DNA of 64,000 nucleotides from Candidatus Gottesmanbacteria bacterium GW2011_GWA2_43_14 (GCA_000999095.1 LCFP01000004.1:80930-144929); one strand, 5' to 3'. Shown: positions 36,997 to 47,664, counted from the first letter of the stretch. The notes: generated from the sequence alone by a model not told the origin. Program-made: numbers and translations.

Positions 36997-37644
36997 ATGA
37001 AGCGTCAGGTGTTTATAGTTTGGTTTTTCATTTTTATTGTTTGGGCTTTTTACCGGGCTAAATTTATTCTGCCTGAAAGCGTGGACGAGTTTATCGTAAA
37101 ACCGTTAATTTTTTTGGTACCGCCTCTTTTTCTTGTCTGGGTCTGGGAAAACAAAAAACTTAAAGAACTGGGTATAAGTTTTGATGTCAAAAGCTTTCTG
37201 ACGGATGTATATATCGGTGTTGTATTAGGAATAATTCTGGCTGTTGAAGGCCTTATGGCCAATTATCTTAAATATCAAAAATTTTCCTTTGAACCGGTTG
37301 CGGCCGTGTTATTAGCCGGTGGTATAGGTTCATTTCTGCTGATTAATTTGGCCACCGCTTTTTCCGAGGAAGTATTGGGGCGTGGCTTTCTGTTCGGACG
37401 CTTGTATAAAGTGACCGGTAAGCAATTTCCGTCTGCCATAACCGCCAGTTTTCTGTTCATGCTGCTTCATCTTCCGGTAATGTTTACGAGGCTGCATCTG
37501 ACGGGAACAGCTTTACTTTTTTATCCCGCGTCGATTTTTTTGATGGGAGTTACCAACAGTTATCTTTACACATTCCGCCGAAACCTGGTTCTGCCGATCC
37601 TATTACATGCTTTCTGGAATATGACGGTCTCTCTTTATTTGTAA
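36997..37644 (+). CDS. CPBP (Abi/CAAX) intramembrane metalloprotease
   Basis: EEVLGRG, F..LH, HAFWN. Confidence 0.9.
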   Translation: MKRQVFIVWFFIFIVWAFYRAKFILPESVDEFIVKPLIFLVPPLFLVWVWENKKLKELGISFDVKSFLTDVYIGVVLGIILAVEGLMANYLKYQKFSFEPVAAVLLAGGIGSFLLINLATAFSEEVLGRGFLFGRLYKVTGKQFPSAITASFLFMLLHLPVMFTRLHLTGTALLFYPASIFLMGVTNSYLYTFRRNLVLPILLHAFWNMTVSLYL

Positions 37645-37651
37645 AACCGTT

Positions 37652-37870
37652 TTACGTATTGAGGTTGGCAGTATAACCGGCCTTTTTGATGATTTCTTCG
37701 ATTTTCTTCTCGTCCAGCACTTCCGGATCAAATTCTACTTCCGTTAGGGCTTTGGCATAATTGGTTCTGGCTGATTTGATACCATGGTTATCTTCAAGCT
37801 CAAAATCAATGTTTATGGCGCAGGCAGTGCAATGCATATCCAGTATTTTCCAGACGGTTTTTTTAGTCAT
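37652..37870 (-). CDS. HMA-domain copper chaperone (CopZ-like)
   Basis: MHCTAC, AGY. Confidence 0.9.
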   Translation of the reverse strand: MTKKTVWKILDMHCTACAINIDFELEDNHGIKSARTNYAKALTEVEFDPEVLDEKKIEEIIKKAGYTANLNT

Positions 37871-37874
37871 AATG

Positions 37875-38900
37875 CTAAATCACTTTGATGACTCCGTTAT
37901 ACATACCCATACTGCAGGAGAAAGTCAGGTCCTGGGGAATTTCCGGAGCAGTGAAAGACAAGCTTGTTTTACTACCCGTTCTGACGACTTTTTGGATATT
38001 TAATTTGGGGATAACGAAAGCCTGGATGCAGCCTTCTCCGTCATTATTAATAAGATTCAGTTTTACCTCGGACCCTTTTGCCACCGTAATATTTTCAGGT
38101 GAATACCCGCGTGAATTAAAGTAAATAGTGGCTTCCGAAACAGGCGTGGCAGCCTTGGCCAAAACCTGGCCGGAACAATTGCTTAAAACCGTACAGTTAA
38201 AATCTTTCCATAAATTATTAAGGGTGAAGTTGGAGCCCGACAAAACCGCGGCCGCATTAATGTTAAAAACAGCCAAAAAGATAATGGCAAAAGCGGCTAT
38301 TTTGCCAAACGAGGTTTGGAACAGGGAACTTAATTTGGTGGTTAATAAACCTAAAATAAAAAAGACGGGCGCAGTACCAAGAGTAAAAGCAAACATAATT
38401 ATGGCAGAATAAGCAGGGTTGGCTGAAACCAGTGCTAAAGCCATCATTGCCTGAGTGGTGCCGCAGGGGATAAAAATTGTCAAAGCACCCAAAAAAGCAG
38501 GTGCAAATAAATCACCGCTTCTCGATTGCCGGCGGATGATCCTCAACAGGAAGCGGGGAGGCTGGATAATGAAATAACGGAAAATGGGGTGAACATTCAA
38601 TAAATTAAGTGCAGTGCCGATCATAAAGATCCCGACGGCTATTTGCAGAAAGACTTGGGTTGAGACTGACAACCGGAAGAAAGAGCCGAAAATTCCCAGC
38701 AACGCACCCAAGACAGTATAGGCGATGATTTTGGCTATCAGGAAAGCTAATATCGGCCAAGCCCGTCCTTTGGTGGCGATACCTCTCAGTCTGTCTTCTT
38801 CATTCTGTACAAGTGTGGTTGCCAGCAGACCGCCCTGGACGGCCATGCAGGATAAACCGCCAGTAAGAAGCCCTGTTAAAAAAACGGTCCACAAATTCAT
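37875..38900 (-). CDS. DsbD_2/TauE-like membrane domain fused to a C-terminal cupredoxin-like domain
   Basis: SCMAVQGG, PCG.TQAM, FTLGT.P; C-terminal GC...FSCSMGMY.G. Confidence 0.85.
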   Translation of the reverse strand: MNLWTVFLTGLLTGGLSCMAVQGGLLATTLVQNEEDRLRGIATKGRAWPILAFLIAKIIAYTVLGALLGIFGSFFRLSVSTQVFLQIAVGIFMIGTALNLLNVHPIFRYFIIQPPRFLLRIIRRQSRSGDLFAPAFLGALTIFIPCGTTQAMMALALVSANPAYSAIIMFAFTLGTAPVFFILGLLTTKLSSLFQTSFGKIAAFAIIFLAVFNINAAAVLSGSNFTLNNLWKDFNCTVLSNCSGQVLAKAATPVSEATIYFNSRGYSPENITVAKGSEVKLNLINNDGEGCIQAFVIPKLNIQKVVRTGSKTSLSFTAPEIPQDLTFSCSMGMYNGVIKVI

Positions 38901-38949
38901 CGGTAACTATCAATTTTAACATTGATGAAGACTGATGCAAATAAAGAGG

Positions 38950-39084
38950 TTATTTCTTTTTATTGATTTCTTTCCAGAAATAAATGATTCCCAGAACCAG
39001 AAAAGTGATTATAAGCAGCCAGGTTACAGCTCCCAAAAAGCCCCAACCTCCCATCATGCCGGAGTAACCCCAATTAGCCATCAT
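38950..39084 (-). CDS. 44-aa Gly/Met/Trp-rich single-TM protein (below ORF-track cutoff)
   Basis: MMANWGYSGMMGGWGFLGAVTWLLIITFLVLGIIYFWKEINKKK; SD AGGAGGTGA and TATAAT upstream. Confidence 0.8.
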   Translation of the reverse strand: MMANWGYSGMMGGWGFLGAVTWLLIITFLVLGIIYFWKEINKKK

Positions 39085-39132
39085 ACAAATCACCTCCTGA
39101 TTCTATTATAAATGAAATCTTTAAAAGTAAAA

Positions 39133-39558
39133 TCAGATTTTGCGTTTAAGTCGGATGAGATAAATTATACTCGCGAGATTGGAAAGAATTGCCAACAGTA
39201 AAATTTCTTTCTGGAATTGGATTAAGAGTGAAGTGAGAAGACTTAAGCCTAACAGCGGCAGGACATCAGTCAGATGATGGGCGCAGCAGGCGATCATACC
39301 CAGAGTCGAAGTTGAAGAATTGCCCACCATCATTTTACGGCTGCCCCCTTTAATTTTATTTTTTAAGCTGACATAAAGCCCGGATTGAATCCCGAAACCG
39401 GCAGAGAGTGAAGTCATGTAAGGCCAAAGTGTCGAAAATTGCCACCAGGCAGTTTCAAAAGAACCTGTCAGAAGTCTCATAAGGAAAAAATAAAAGGTCA
39501 AAAGAAAGGATGAAGCAACAATCCCCATGAAAATGGGGGAGGAGAGAAATTTAGTCAT
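39133..39558 (-). CDS. membrane protein with ACCAHH motif
   Basis: ~4 TM; MIACCAHHLTDVLP. Confidence 0.8.
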   Translation of the reverse strand: MTKFLSSPIFMGIVASSFLLTFYFFLMRLLTGSFETAWWQFSTLWPYMTSLSAGFGIQSGLYVSLKNKIKGGSRKMMVGNSSTSTLGMIACCAHHLTDVLPLLGLSLLTSLLIQFQKEILLLAILSNLASIIYLIRLKRKI

Positions 39559-39564
39559 AGTCTT

Positions 39565-39837
39565 TCAACTTTTTTTAGCTAGATAATTATAGGTTGCGGC
39601 AATAAAATAACCGGTGATCCAGGCTGATATGCTGAAAGTGATAAAGCCGAATAGAACAGTTCCGATTGCAGGCGGCTGTCTGTTCCAGACAGTGGTCACA
39701 TCCACGCCGTGCATCCAGGATTGGGCAAATTGACGGTAAAGATCCGGTGCCAAAAAGACCAGCAGTGTGCAAATAAGATAATAGGCAGCTGCCACAATGG
39801 CCAAAGTATTGGCTAATACCGATTCCTTAAATTTCAT
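39565..39837 (-). CDS. small membrane protein (DUF5676-like)
   Basis: Y.IC..LV..AP, SWMHG, YN motif. Confidence 0.75.
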   Translation of the reverse strand: MKFKESVLANTLAIVAAAYYLICTLLVFLAPDLYRQFAQSWMHGVDVTTVWNRQPPAIGTVLFGFITFSISAWITGYFIAATYNYLAKKS

Positions 39838-39840
39838 GTT

Positions 39841-40302
39841 TCACCCCCTTTCCCCTTCAACTTTAAATTCCCTTCTCGGGATGCCTGATAAATTCTTAAT
39901 TATTATGGCGAAAGGAAGTTCAATTTTTTCAAAAACCGCCTTTGCTTTTTTATGATGGGTTTGTCCAGAAACTTCAATTTTTAGAGACGGATAAAGTCCT
40001 TCGTTTTTTTCAAGATAAATACCTTTCTGATAATCATAAGCATCCAGGTTGACATTATGGGTATCAAAATTCAAATTAAAATTCCAACCATCCTCATCCC
40101 CTCCGGCATAAGCGACGGAAACGCTGACCCCGCCGGCTGCACCGGCCGAAGGACTGACAACCACAGAGTCAGTGATTTGATTAGAAGTGATCAGGCTTGA
40201 GGTATCTGTATCTTTTGCTTTAGTTAGGGTAAATAGAAGAATAATAGCTAGAATCCCACTGATTAAGAATAAAAACCAATATTCCCAGGATATTTTTTTC
40301 AT
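39841..40302 (-). CDS. membrane-anchored secreted protein with DTH and HH motifs
   Basis: N-terminal TM; FDTHNVNLD, GQTHHKKA. Confidence 0.78.
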   Translation of the reverse strand: MKKISWEYWFLFLISGILAIILLFTLTKAKDTDTSSLITSNQITDSVVVSPSAGAAGGVSVSVAYAGGDEDGWNFNLNFDTHNVNLDAYDYQKGIYLEKNEGLYPSLKIEVSGQTHHKKAKAVFEKIELPFAIIIKNLSGIPRREFKVEGERG

Positions 40303-40318
40303 CTATTCTTCCAGTGTA

Positions 40319-41260
40319 TCAGACGCCGCAGCCGCCGCCGCCTTCAACTTTGGGAAGGATGCCTTCCGACTGAAGTTCCTTGTTGATAGCCTGGTAACCG
40401 GCGCCACTCGAGTAAGGACTGCCTAATGCCTCCTTGGGATCTACATCCTGCCAATCCTCACCCTTTTTGCTTTTGAAGTACATGGCCAGTTCCACATAAG
40501 TCTGGGGGAACCACTGGGAATTTAAAAGCAGGGCTTTTTTGTATATTTCATTCCGGCTCATACCCTGGACAACGGCCAGCTCAATATAGCCCAGCATGGC
40601 CGCCCCGTGATTGCAGTCGGGAAAGTAGGTGGAATTGCCGCAGCAGGGCCGGTAAATATTTTGGGCAATTTCAATCACTTCCTTTTCCTGTTCGGGCGTT
40701 AACGGCAGGATAGGGAAACGGTTGAAAAGTTTACCGCCTTCCTCCTTTCCCAAAGTCCAACCGCCGGTTGAAGCGTAATTGCCGGAATCTTCCTTCATCG
40801 GCCCTTCTTCCAGAAATTTGGTTTTGTTGGCAATTCCCAGCGGCCAGAGGAGGTTGAGGATGATGGCATTGTTTTCTTTGGTGACGATTATCTTTTCGGA
40901 AGAATCCTTATCAAAAAGATCCGTAAATTCGGCAGGTAAACCTCCGCGGCTTTGATAGAGATCTAAAAATTTTTGCTTATCTATAGCGCCTGTCTCGACC
41001 ATTTTTTTGACGGTCTCACCAAAGGAGACACCGAGGTTGAATTTATCAGGCAGAACTTTTTGGGTTACTTCTGAAAGCAATTGATCGGACTTAATAGAAG
41101 CCGTTTTTTCTGCTGGTGTTTCACTTTCCGGATTAGTAGCTTTCCGGTAATTAGAAAGTTTCGGGATAAGCACAAACAATAACAGGCCGATCAAAAGTCC
41201 CGTGACAATACCGGTCAAATAAGATTGATGTTTATTTTCAGAATTATTTTTTTTCACCAT
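40319..41260 (-). CDS. membrane-anchored Cys/His-motif hypothetical protein
   Basis: N-terminal TM; YRPCCGNSTYFPDCNHG; C-terminal GGGGCGV; SD AAGGAGGT. Confidence 0.85.
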   Translation of the reverse strand: MVKKNNSENKHQSYLTGIVTGLLIGLLLFVLIPKLSNYRKATNPESETPAEKTASIKSDQLLSEVTQKVLPDKFNLGVSFGETVKKMVETGAIDKQKFLDLYQSRGGLPAEFTDLFDKDSSEKIIVTKENNAIILNLLWPLGIANKTKFLEEGPMKEDSGNYASTGGWTLGKEEGGKLFNRFPILPLTPEQEKEVIEIAQNIYRPCCGNSTYFPDCNHGAAMLGYIELAVVQGMSRNEIYKKALLLNSQWFPQTYVELAMYFKSKKGEDWQDVDPKEALGSPYSSGAGYQAINKELQSEGILPKVEGGGGCGV

Positions 41261-42059
41261 GGCCTACCTCCTTTATCATAATTTTGATAAATATAACCAA
41301 AAGGGCAATCAATAACAGGTCTATCAGGGGATTTCCCAGCCGATTGGACAGATTAAAGATAAATCTTCTAAGGGATTCTCCGTAGGCCATATTCTTATCC
41401 ATCTCAATTTTTCCCGTCAGAGCCATCAAAGCGATAATCACCGCCGAGACCATGAAAGTAACAGAAGCCAATATTTTCAGCGGTTTTTCCCAACTACTCT
41501 TGATTTTATAGAGGTATTTATTGCTCAGCTTTTCATAAAAAAGAGACAGGAAAAAAAGAGGGAAAACGATTCCTAAGACATAGGCTATTGAAACAATCAG
41601 GGAAGACAGAAGGGTCGGTGATAGTGAGGACAGGGTGATAGCGGCAAAAAGAACCGGGGCGCAGCAAGAGGAGGTGATACCGGAAAAAAGTCCCAATATA
41701 TAAGTTGAGAGGACAGTTGTTTCTTTGGGCATGGTGTAATGGGGCAGGGGAAGCATCAGTTTCACTTCAAATAGAGTCATCAACCCAACCAGAAACATCA
41801 CTAAAGCCCCAAGAAGATATGTCGTGGTATGGAATTTATCAAAGAAAGAGACGATAATCGAAGCGCCCAAAGCCACCGGTACCAGGATTGATCCCAAACC
41901 CGCGGCAAAAATCATCGTCAGAAAAACCACCCTTTTCCTATCTTTGAAAATTGTTCCCAAATAAGAAGGAAAAAGAAAAGTAATACAGCAGGGAGCAAAC
42001 AAGGCCACCATGCCGCCCAAAAAAGAGGCAGTCAGGGAAACTCCGAAGAAAAGATTCAT
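41244..42059 (-). CDS. CcdA/DsbD-family transmembrane electron transporter
   Basis: SFLGG..ALFAPCC...PSY and SSCCAPV motifs, multi-TM. Confidence 0.85.
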   Translation of the reverse strand: MNLFFGVSLTASFLGGMVALFAPCCITFLFPSYLGTIFKDRKRVVFLTMIFAAGLGSILVPVALGASIIVSFFDKFHTTTYLLGALVMFLVGLMTLFEVKLMLPLPHYTMPKETTVLSTYILGLFSGITSSCCAPVLFAAITLSSLSPTLLSSLIVSIAYVLGIVFPLFFLSLFYEKLSNKYLYKIKSSWEKPLKILASVTFMVSAVIIALMALTGKIEMDKNMAYGESLRRFIFNLSNRLGNPLIDLLLIALLVIFIKIMIKEVGHGEKK

Positions 42060-42065
42060 AAGTAA

Positions 42066-42587
42066 TTATTCGACTGTGGCATTGATATTGAATATCAAGG
42101 TTTCATTTTCCGGGTCATTGGTGTTGAGTGAGGCTTGTCTGGTAACCAGTCCTTTGACCGGCATAATAAACGGCCGGTAAGTAACAAACAATTTGGCTGT
42201 CTCTCCCGGCGGCAGTTGAGCCTTCCAGTTGTTTTTTGAATGCATGGTAAATTCCGGACTAATGACTCCATTGATATCCAGTTTGGCAAATGTACAGTCG
42301 CAGGAAGTCGATAATTTATAGAGTTCCAAAGGCTTGGAGCCGTTATTTTTTATGCTGAATTCAGCTGTCCTCTCATCACTGACTTTCATCTTGCCCAATT
42401 CTTTTAAATTAGAATCAATTGAAGCCGCCGGTTTTTCCGTGTCACCTTTGGTATAAGAGATAGCATCTGATTGCGTGGCTCCCTTTCCTTCTTTAACGGC
42501 AAAGACAATAATCAGTAGGAATACCAGCAAGGTGAATCCGCCAATTACCAATAATATTAATTTTTCTCCTGAGAAGCGTTTGAACAT
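42066..42587 (-). CDS. DUF1573 Ig-like membrane-anchored protein
   Basis: F.IKN.G.KPL, TSCDCT, LPPGE, TNDP. Confidence 0.85.
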   Translation of the reverse strand: MFKRFSGEKLILLVIGGFTLLVFLLIIVFAVKEGKGATQSDAISYTKGDTEKPAASIDSNLKELGKMKVSDERTAEFSIKNNGSKPLELYKLSTSCDCTFAKLDINGVISPEFTMHSKNNWKAQLPPGETAKLFVTYRPFIMPVKGLVTRQASLNTNDPENETLIFNINATVE

Positions 42588-42596
42588 ATTGGCTTA

Positions 42597-42631
42597 ATAA
42601 TACAGCCTGGATTATTAAGAAATTATGAAGA
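42597..42631 (-). promoter_or_regulatory. direct-repeat box A plus -10 (TATTAT)
   Basis: Plus strand ATTAAGA(42614)-aatt-ATGAAGA(42625); 11 bp to -10; ATG 9 nt after -10. Confidence 0.78.
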
Positions 42632-42644
42632 TTTTTTGGGAAAA

Positions 42645-45566
42645 CTATTCAAAAGCCATGGAGGAGCTGATTTTGGCAAAACCGCCGAAAATTATGCTGA
42701 AAAGAATCAGCATCGCAAGCGGAGCAATCAAAGACAAGTAATTCCGTTTGCCCGGCCGGAAATATTTTAAAGTCAGGGAATTGGTAACGACGGAGATGGA
42801 GGATAAAGCCATGGCCAAACCTGCCAATTCGGGTTTAAGCACAAGCCCCATGAAAGCGAAAGCCCGGGCAGCGACGGGGATGCCAACGATGTTATAAAAG
42901 AGGGCGAAAAACATGTTTTGCTTAATTTTACTCATCGTATCGTGGGAAAGATTGATGGCAGTAACTACATCCCGCAGGTCGTTTTTGACGATGACGATAC
43001 CGCCTGTTTCCATCGCGACATCAGTTCCCGAACCCATGGCAATCCCTAAATCAGCCTGAGCTAATGCCGGCGCATCATTGATGCCGTCGCCGACCATGGC
43101 CACAATTTGTTTTTTATCCTGAAGTTTTTTGACTTCATTGGCTTTGTCTTCAGGTAAAACTTCCGCCAGAATATTGGTAATGCCGACCTGATCAGCAATA
43201 GCCTGGGCAGTCCGTTCATTGTCGCCGGTGATCATATAAACTTCGATATTTCTTTTTTTAAGCTGATCGATAGCTTCCCGGCTGGTTTCTTTGACGGTAT
43301 CGGCAACCGCAATCGCTCCCAGGATCTGATTTTTATCTGCCAAAAGCATGGCGGTTTTACCCATGTTTTCCAATCTAATCAGTTTGTCGTGAAGTTGACC
43401 GAGCTCAACTTTGGCGACATCTGTCATCAGTTTCCGGTTGCCCATATAATAAGTTTCGCCTTTGATGGTGCCGGTGACTCCGTGACCGGGTATGGCCTTA
43501 AAATTCTCGACATTCTTCATGAGCATATCTTTTTCCCGGGCAAAGCCTACAATGGCTTCCGCTAAAGGATGTTCAGAAGATTTTTCCAATGAAGCGGCAA
43601 TTTCCAGGATTTGAGCCTCTCCGGTTTCAGTGTAGCTTTCGATATCGGTCACAATCGGTTTGCCGTTGGTTAAAGTACCGGTTTTATCGAAAATGATGGT
43701 TGTTATCCGGCAAATCTTTTCCAAGGGTTCGCCGCCTTTTATTAAAATGCCGTGTTCCGCGCCCTTACCAGTACCGACCATCAAAGCGGTCGGAGTCGCC
43801 AAGCCCAAGGCGCAGGGACAGGCAATGACGATAACGGCCGTGAATGCCATCAGGGCAAATGATAAGGAAGCCCCAAAGATCAGGTACCAGACGAGAAAGG
43901 TGCCGATGGCGATAATGATGACGGCCGGGACAAACCAGGCTGAAATGCGGTCGGCGAAGGCCTGAATGGGTGCCTTGGAACCCTGGGCTTCCTCAATTAA
44001 ACGGATGATTTGGGCTAGCGTGGTTTCGCTGCCGACCCGGGTTGCCTCAAATTCAAAGCTGCCCATTTTATTGATGGTTGCCCCGACCACATTATCACCG
44101 CTGTTTTTTTCAACAGGTATGCTTTCGCCGGTAATCATCGATTCATCGACGGAAGATGAGCCTCTGATAATTTTGCCGTCAACCGGGATTTTTTCGCCCG
44201 GCCGGACCAGCAAAATGTCGCCTTTGACCACCTGATCCAAAGGAATATCAACCGTATTGCCATTTCTTATAACTCTGGCGGTTTTTGGCTGAAGGCCCAT
44301 CAATTTTTTTATGGCATCTGATGTTTTACCCTTGGCTCTAAGTTCCAGCCATTTTCCCAAAAGAACAAAAGTAATCAAAAAGGCGGATGTTTCAAAATAC
44401 AATTCCGGTATTTTTTCTATCACCGGCCCGAGGAGAGTACCTGTTAGGGAGAAATAACTCAAATAATTGAAAGCGCTGTAAAAATAGGCAGCCGAGGTGC
44501 CGATGGCTATCAGACTGTCCATATTAAAGGTTTTCATCCTGAGAGCGGACCACATGCCTTTATAGAAACCGTAACCCAAAACAAACTGCACCGGGGTCGA
44601 CAGGATGAAAGAGAGGACGCCGACATAAGGATTAAAGAACAGTTTGCCGATTGCACCCGGGAAAAAGTCGAACAGCATGAAATAAAGCAATGGCAAGCTC
44701 AGGATCAGGCTGGAAATGAACTTCGAAAAAAGCATTCTAGTTTCTTCCTGACGTTTTCGCGTTTCAAATTCGGTATCTTTTTGATCAATCTGACTGGCTT
44801 TATAACCGCTGTTTTCCACCGCTTTGATCAGATTTTCGACAGTCGCCTGGTTAGAGTCAAAGTCAACCAGCGCCTTTTCGGCGGCAAAATTGACGTTGGC
44901 GGAAGAGACGCCATCAACCTTTTTAAGGGAACGTTCAATCAGTTGGGCACAGGAAGAGCAGTGCATACCGGAGAGAGATAACGAAACTCTTTTGCGTATA
45001 TCAGGCGTTTCAGCCGGAGTACTTATTTCAGGAATTTGTGATTTTTTTGCCGGTATTTGATCAGGTTTATTCGACAAGACGTTATCTTGGGAGGGGAGAG
45101 GGTTGAATAGCGGGGCATTATCCAAAGATCCGGAAAGTTTTGACATAAAATTCTTCACTTCTCCATTACCGAAAGATTGTTGGTATTCGGATTTTTGGAA
45201 TTTGCTGATTTTACCATCAAAAAATGGTTCACCATGATCATTTAGAAAAACACGCCCTTGCGCTTCAACTCTTGATTCAATTTTAACCGGAACACTGCTT
45301 CTTGTCACTTTTGCCCCAGCGGTGCTTTTATTAGCTTCCGTTCCAACACTTTCTTCCTGGAGTGCTTCATAGCCTGCCCGTTTGACCGCTTCGATCACTT
45401 CGGTCAGGCTGTTTTTACTTTGGTCAAGAGTGAGAACGGCCAGCTGTTTTTGGAAACTGACATTTATATCGGAAACACCCGGTAAAGCCGCCAGTTCCTC
45501 TTTCGTAACCACTTCACAGGAGCGGCAATGCATGCCTTTGATATTTAATTTCAGCTTTTTTTTCAT
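42645..45566 (-). CDS. copA: Cu(I)-translocating P1B-1 ATPase with two HMA domains
   Basis: GMHCRSC, GMHCSSC, TGES, CPC, DKTGT, HP, GDGIND, YN, MALSS. Confidence 0.95.
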   Translation of the reverse strand: MKKKLKLNIKGMHCRSCEVVTKEELAALPGVSDINVSFQKQLAVLTLDQSKNSLTEVIEAVKRAGYEALQEESVGTEANKSTAGAKVTRSSVPVKIESRVEAQGRVFLNDHGEPFFDGKISKFQKSEYQQSFGNGEVKNFMSKLSGSLDNAPLFNPLPSQDNVLSNKPDQIPAKKSQIPEISTPAETPDIRKRVSLSLSGMHCSSCAQLIERSLKKVDGVSSANVNFAAEKALVDFDSNQATVENLIKAVENSGYKASQIDQKDTEFETRKRQEETRMLFSKFISSLILSLPLLYFMLFDFFPGAIGKLFFNPYVGVLSFILSTPVQFVLGYGFYKGMWSALRMKTFNMDSLIAIGTSAAYFYSAFNYLSYFSLTGTLLGPVIEKIPELYFETSAFLITFVLLGKWLELRAKGKTSDAIKKLMGLQPKTARVIRNGNTVDIPLDQVVKGDILLVRPGEKIPVDGKIIRGSSSVDESMITGESIPVEKNSGDNVVGATINKMGSFEFEATRVGSETTLAQIIRLIEEAQGSKAPIQAFADRISAWFVPAVIIIAIGTFLVWYLIFGASLSFALMAFTAVIVIACPCALGLATPTALMVGTGKGAEHGILIKGGEPLEKICRITTIIFDKTGTLTNGKPIVTDIESYTETGEAQILEIAASLEKSSEHPLAEAIVGFAREKDMLMKNVENFKAIPGHGVTGTIKGETYYMGNRKLMTDVAKVELGQLHDKLIRLENMGKTAMLLADKNQILGAIAVADTVKETSREAIDQLKKRNIEVYMITGDNERTAQAIADQVGITNILAEVLPEDKANEVKKLQDKKQIVAMVGDGINDAPALAQADLGIAMGSGTDVAMETGGIVIVKNDLRDVVTAINLSHDTMSKIKQNMFFALFYNIVGIPVAARAFAFMGLVLKPELAGLAMALSSISVVTNSLTLKYFRPGKRNYLSLIAPLAMLILFSIIFGGFAKISSSMAFE

Positions 45567-45579
45567 TAAGAAATTTTCT

Positions 45580-45792
45580 TCAGTTTATAACCTGATAATC
45601 CGTACCTTCCAGTGATTTCTTAATTTCCGTAAGATTAATATCACGTCTGGCGGTAACTTGCGCCTCACCGGTCAGGGAAACGTTAAAATCCAAAACACCT
45701 TCGATTGAATTGACTCTGCGTTTGATAAGTTTCAGACAAGCGTCACAGGTGATGCCGGTAACGTAGAATTTTAGCGTATTTATATCGGACAT
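45580..45792 (-). CDS. HMA-domain protein
   Basis: GITCDAC. Confidence 0.87.
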   Translation of the reverse strand: MSDINTLKFYVTGITCDACLKLIKRRVNSIEGVLDFNVSLTGEAQVTARRDINLTEIKKSLEGTDYQVIN

Positions 45793-45804
45793 GAAAAGAC
45801 TCCT

Positions 45805-47622
45805 TTAAACAACCTTAATAATGCCGCGGGGTACCCCCATGGCGCAGGTAATCGGGTATTCACCGGGAGTTTTCGGGGTGAATTCAAGAACTATCGTTTC
45901 TCCCTTTTTAAGAAATTGGGGATTATCGGCTAAACCGGGGACGGCAATTGTTGCCATACAGCCGGAACCGTTGTCTTTGACTTCAATTTCCATTCTGACG
46001 GGCTTTCCCGCATTAACTTCAAAAGCATTTGGACTGATATCAGTATTTTGGGTATACACAGTTTTAATGATTTGCTCATCTTTATTTTCTTGAGCTTTCA
46101 CCGGAGTGACATTTGTGTTTTGGACCTGCTTTTGCCCTCCACCTCCGCAACCGCAGCCTCCGCTACCGCAAGACGCACCTCCGGCAGAATTAGCGGTTTT
46201 AACAGCGGCGGTGTCATCGGGGAGAGTCGCAGCCTGTACTTGAATACCATTGACATCATTAACCACCCTGATCGATCCGGAAAACATGCCCATACTGCAG
46301 GTAAATCGGATAACGCCTTCTTCGGAAGGCGTAAACTCAATCACATTTTCACCAGGATGGAGCAATTTTTGCACGCCGATTTTGTCGGCCACAATTGAAG
46401 CGGCACAGGTGTTGGGATCTTTGGAATCGATAACCCAGCGGACAGGTACGCCTTTTTTAACCGTGAAGACTTTCGGATTGTAACCTCCGGCATCCTGGAC
46501 CATACGGATGACCTGTTTGCCGTTTTCCAGTTGAACTCCTTCTGTATCAGCTGCTGCCACAACAGTTGTTTTCCCGGGGAAATTAAAATAACCCGGATTT
46601 AAGCCGGTCAGATTCAGGCCATTGTTAAGATTGAAAAGACTTAAGACGATAACAACGACACCGGCAATCCGGAAAAAACTTTGAGCAAAAGCTCCTTTGA
46701 CCAGCGATGTCAAACCGCCAATTCCCAGAAGTCCAGGTGCTGTCCCCAAGGCAAAAGTGCCCATGATTAAAGCGCCCGAAACAGGATTGCCTGTCGTCAT
46801 GGCAAAAAGCTGCATCGCCTGGGTGAAGCCGCAGGGCAGAAAAAAGGTCAGGCCTCCCATAAAGACAGAATTTTTATTGCTGTATTCAGCCTCTTTTTTT
46901 GAATTAATTCTCAAAATTTTTCCCACTCCGGCAGGCAGAGTCAGTTTAAAATCTTCCAGTCTGGGGGAAAGCCCGGTTAGCTGTAAACCCATCAAAAGCA
47001 TAACCATGCTTACAAAAACCGTCAGCATACCAAGGCCGAAACCGGACAGCTGGAAAAAAGAACCAAACCAACCGATTATCGCACCGAAAAAAAGATAAGA
47101 ACCTATCCTGCCAAGATTAAAAAACAGATGCGGTTTGAATTTTTCAAGAGGAGTAGCTAAAGAATGCTTTTCGGCAAACCTGGCAGAAACACCCAAAACC
47201 AAGCCGCCGATTAAAGCCATGCAGGTGGAGAAGCCGGCTGTTAACCCGATTAAAAGCACTACTAAAAGGCTGGAAGGATGATTGGAGATGGCCGGCAGGG
47301 CAATTTTAATGCCGAAAATGTCTAGGAGAACATAGCCTAAAAAGACGGCAATCAGAAAAATTATTATTTCCTGATAAATATTAAAATCGCGGGTAAATAA
47401 AGGTTTTTTTTCGGGTAGGCCGATTGAATAGCCTGCTCCTTCGATAGTCGAGTTGACCGCTTCATAGTTTAGATTACCTTTATAAGCGATTTCCGCTAAG
47501 CCCTTTTTTTGGCTGACGGCAACTTTTTTGACACCCTCAAGAGAGCAGAGTTCACCTTCAATCAAAAGCTCGCAAGAACGGCAATGCATGCCTTTTATCG
47601 GAACGGATGCTGTTTTTATCAT
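45805..47622 (-). CDS. HMA + DsbD_2/TauE-like + two cupredoxin-like domains fusion protein
   Basis: GMHCRSC; STCMALIGG, LPCGFTQAM; FTCSMGM and ITCAMGV; linker SCGSGGCGCGGG; start ATG47622 is 7 nt from the -10. Confidence 0.88.
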   Translation of the reverse strand: MIKTASVPIKGMHCRSCELLIEGELCSLEGVKKVAVSQKKGLAEIAYKGNLNYEAVNSTIEGAGYSIGLPEKKPLFTRDFNIYQEIIIFLIAVFLGYVLLDIFGIKIALPAISNHPSSLLVVLLIGLTAGFSTCMALIGGLVLGVSARFAEKHSLATPLEKFKPHLFFNLGRIGSYLFFGAIIGWFGSFFQLSGFGLGMLTVFVSMVMLLMGLQLTGLSPRLEDFKLTLPAGVGKILRINSKKEAEYSNKNSVFMGGLTFFLPCGFTQAMQLFAMTTGNPVSGALIMGTFALGTAPGLLGIGGLTSLVKGAFAQSFFRIAGVVVIVLSLFNLNNGLNLTGLNPGYFNFPGKTTVVAAADTEGVQLENGKQVIRMVQDAGGYNPKVFTVKKGVPVRWVIDSKDPNTCAASIVADKIGVQKLLHPGENVIEFTPSEEGVIRFTCSMGMFSGSIRVVNDVNGIQVQAATLPDDTAAVKTANSAGGASCGSGGCGCGGGGQKQVQNTNVTPVKAQENKDEQIIKTVYTQNTDISPNAFEVNAGKPVRMEIEVKDNGSGCMATIAVPGLADNPQFLKKGETIVLEFTPKTPGEYPITCAMGVPRGIIKVV

Positions 47623-47629
47623 GTTAAAA

Positions 47630-47664
47630 ATCTTACCAGTCAAGTTATTAAGATTTTATGAAGA
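47630..47664 (-). promoter_or_regulatory. direct-repeat box B plus extended -10 (TGGTAAGAT)
   Basis: ATTAAGA(47647)-tttt-ATGAAGA(47658); 11 bp to -10. Confidence 0.8.

Noticed and set aside
45565-45571. Single ATTAAGA at the copA start (also CTTAAGA at 52691 and ATGAAGA at 38925)
   Set aside because: No partner repeat at 11 bp with correct -10 spacing; not counted as regulon sites
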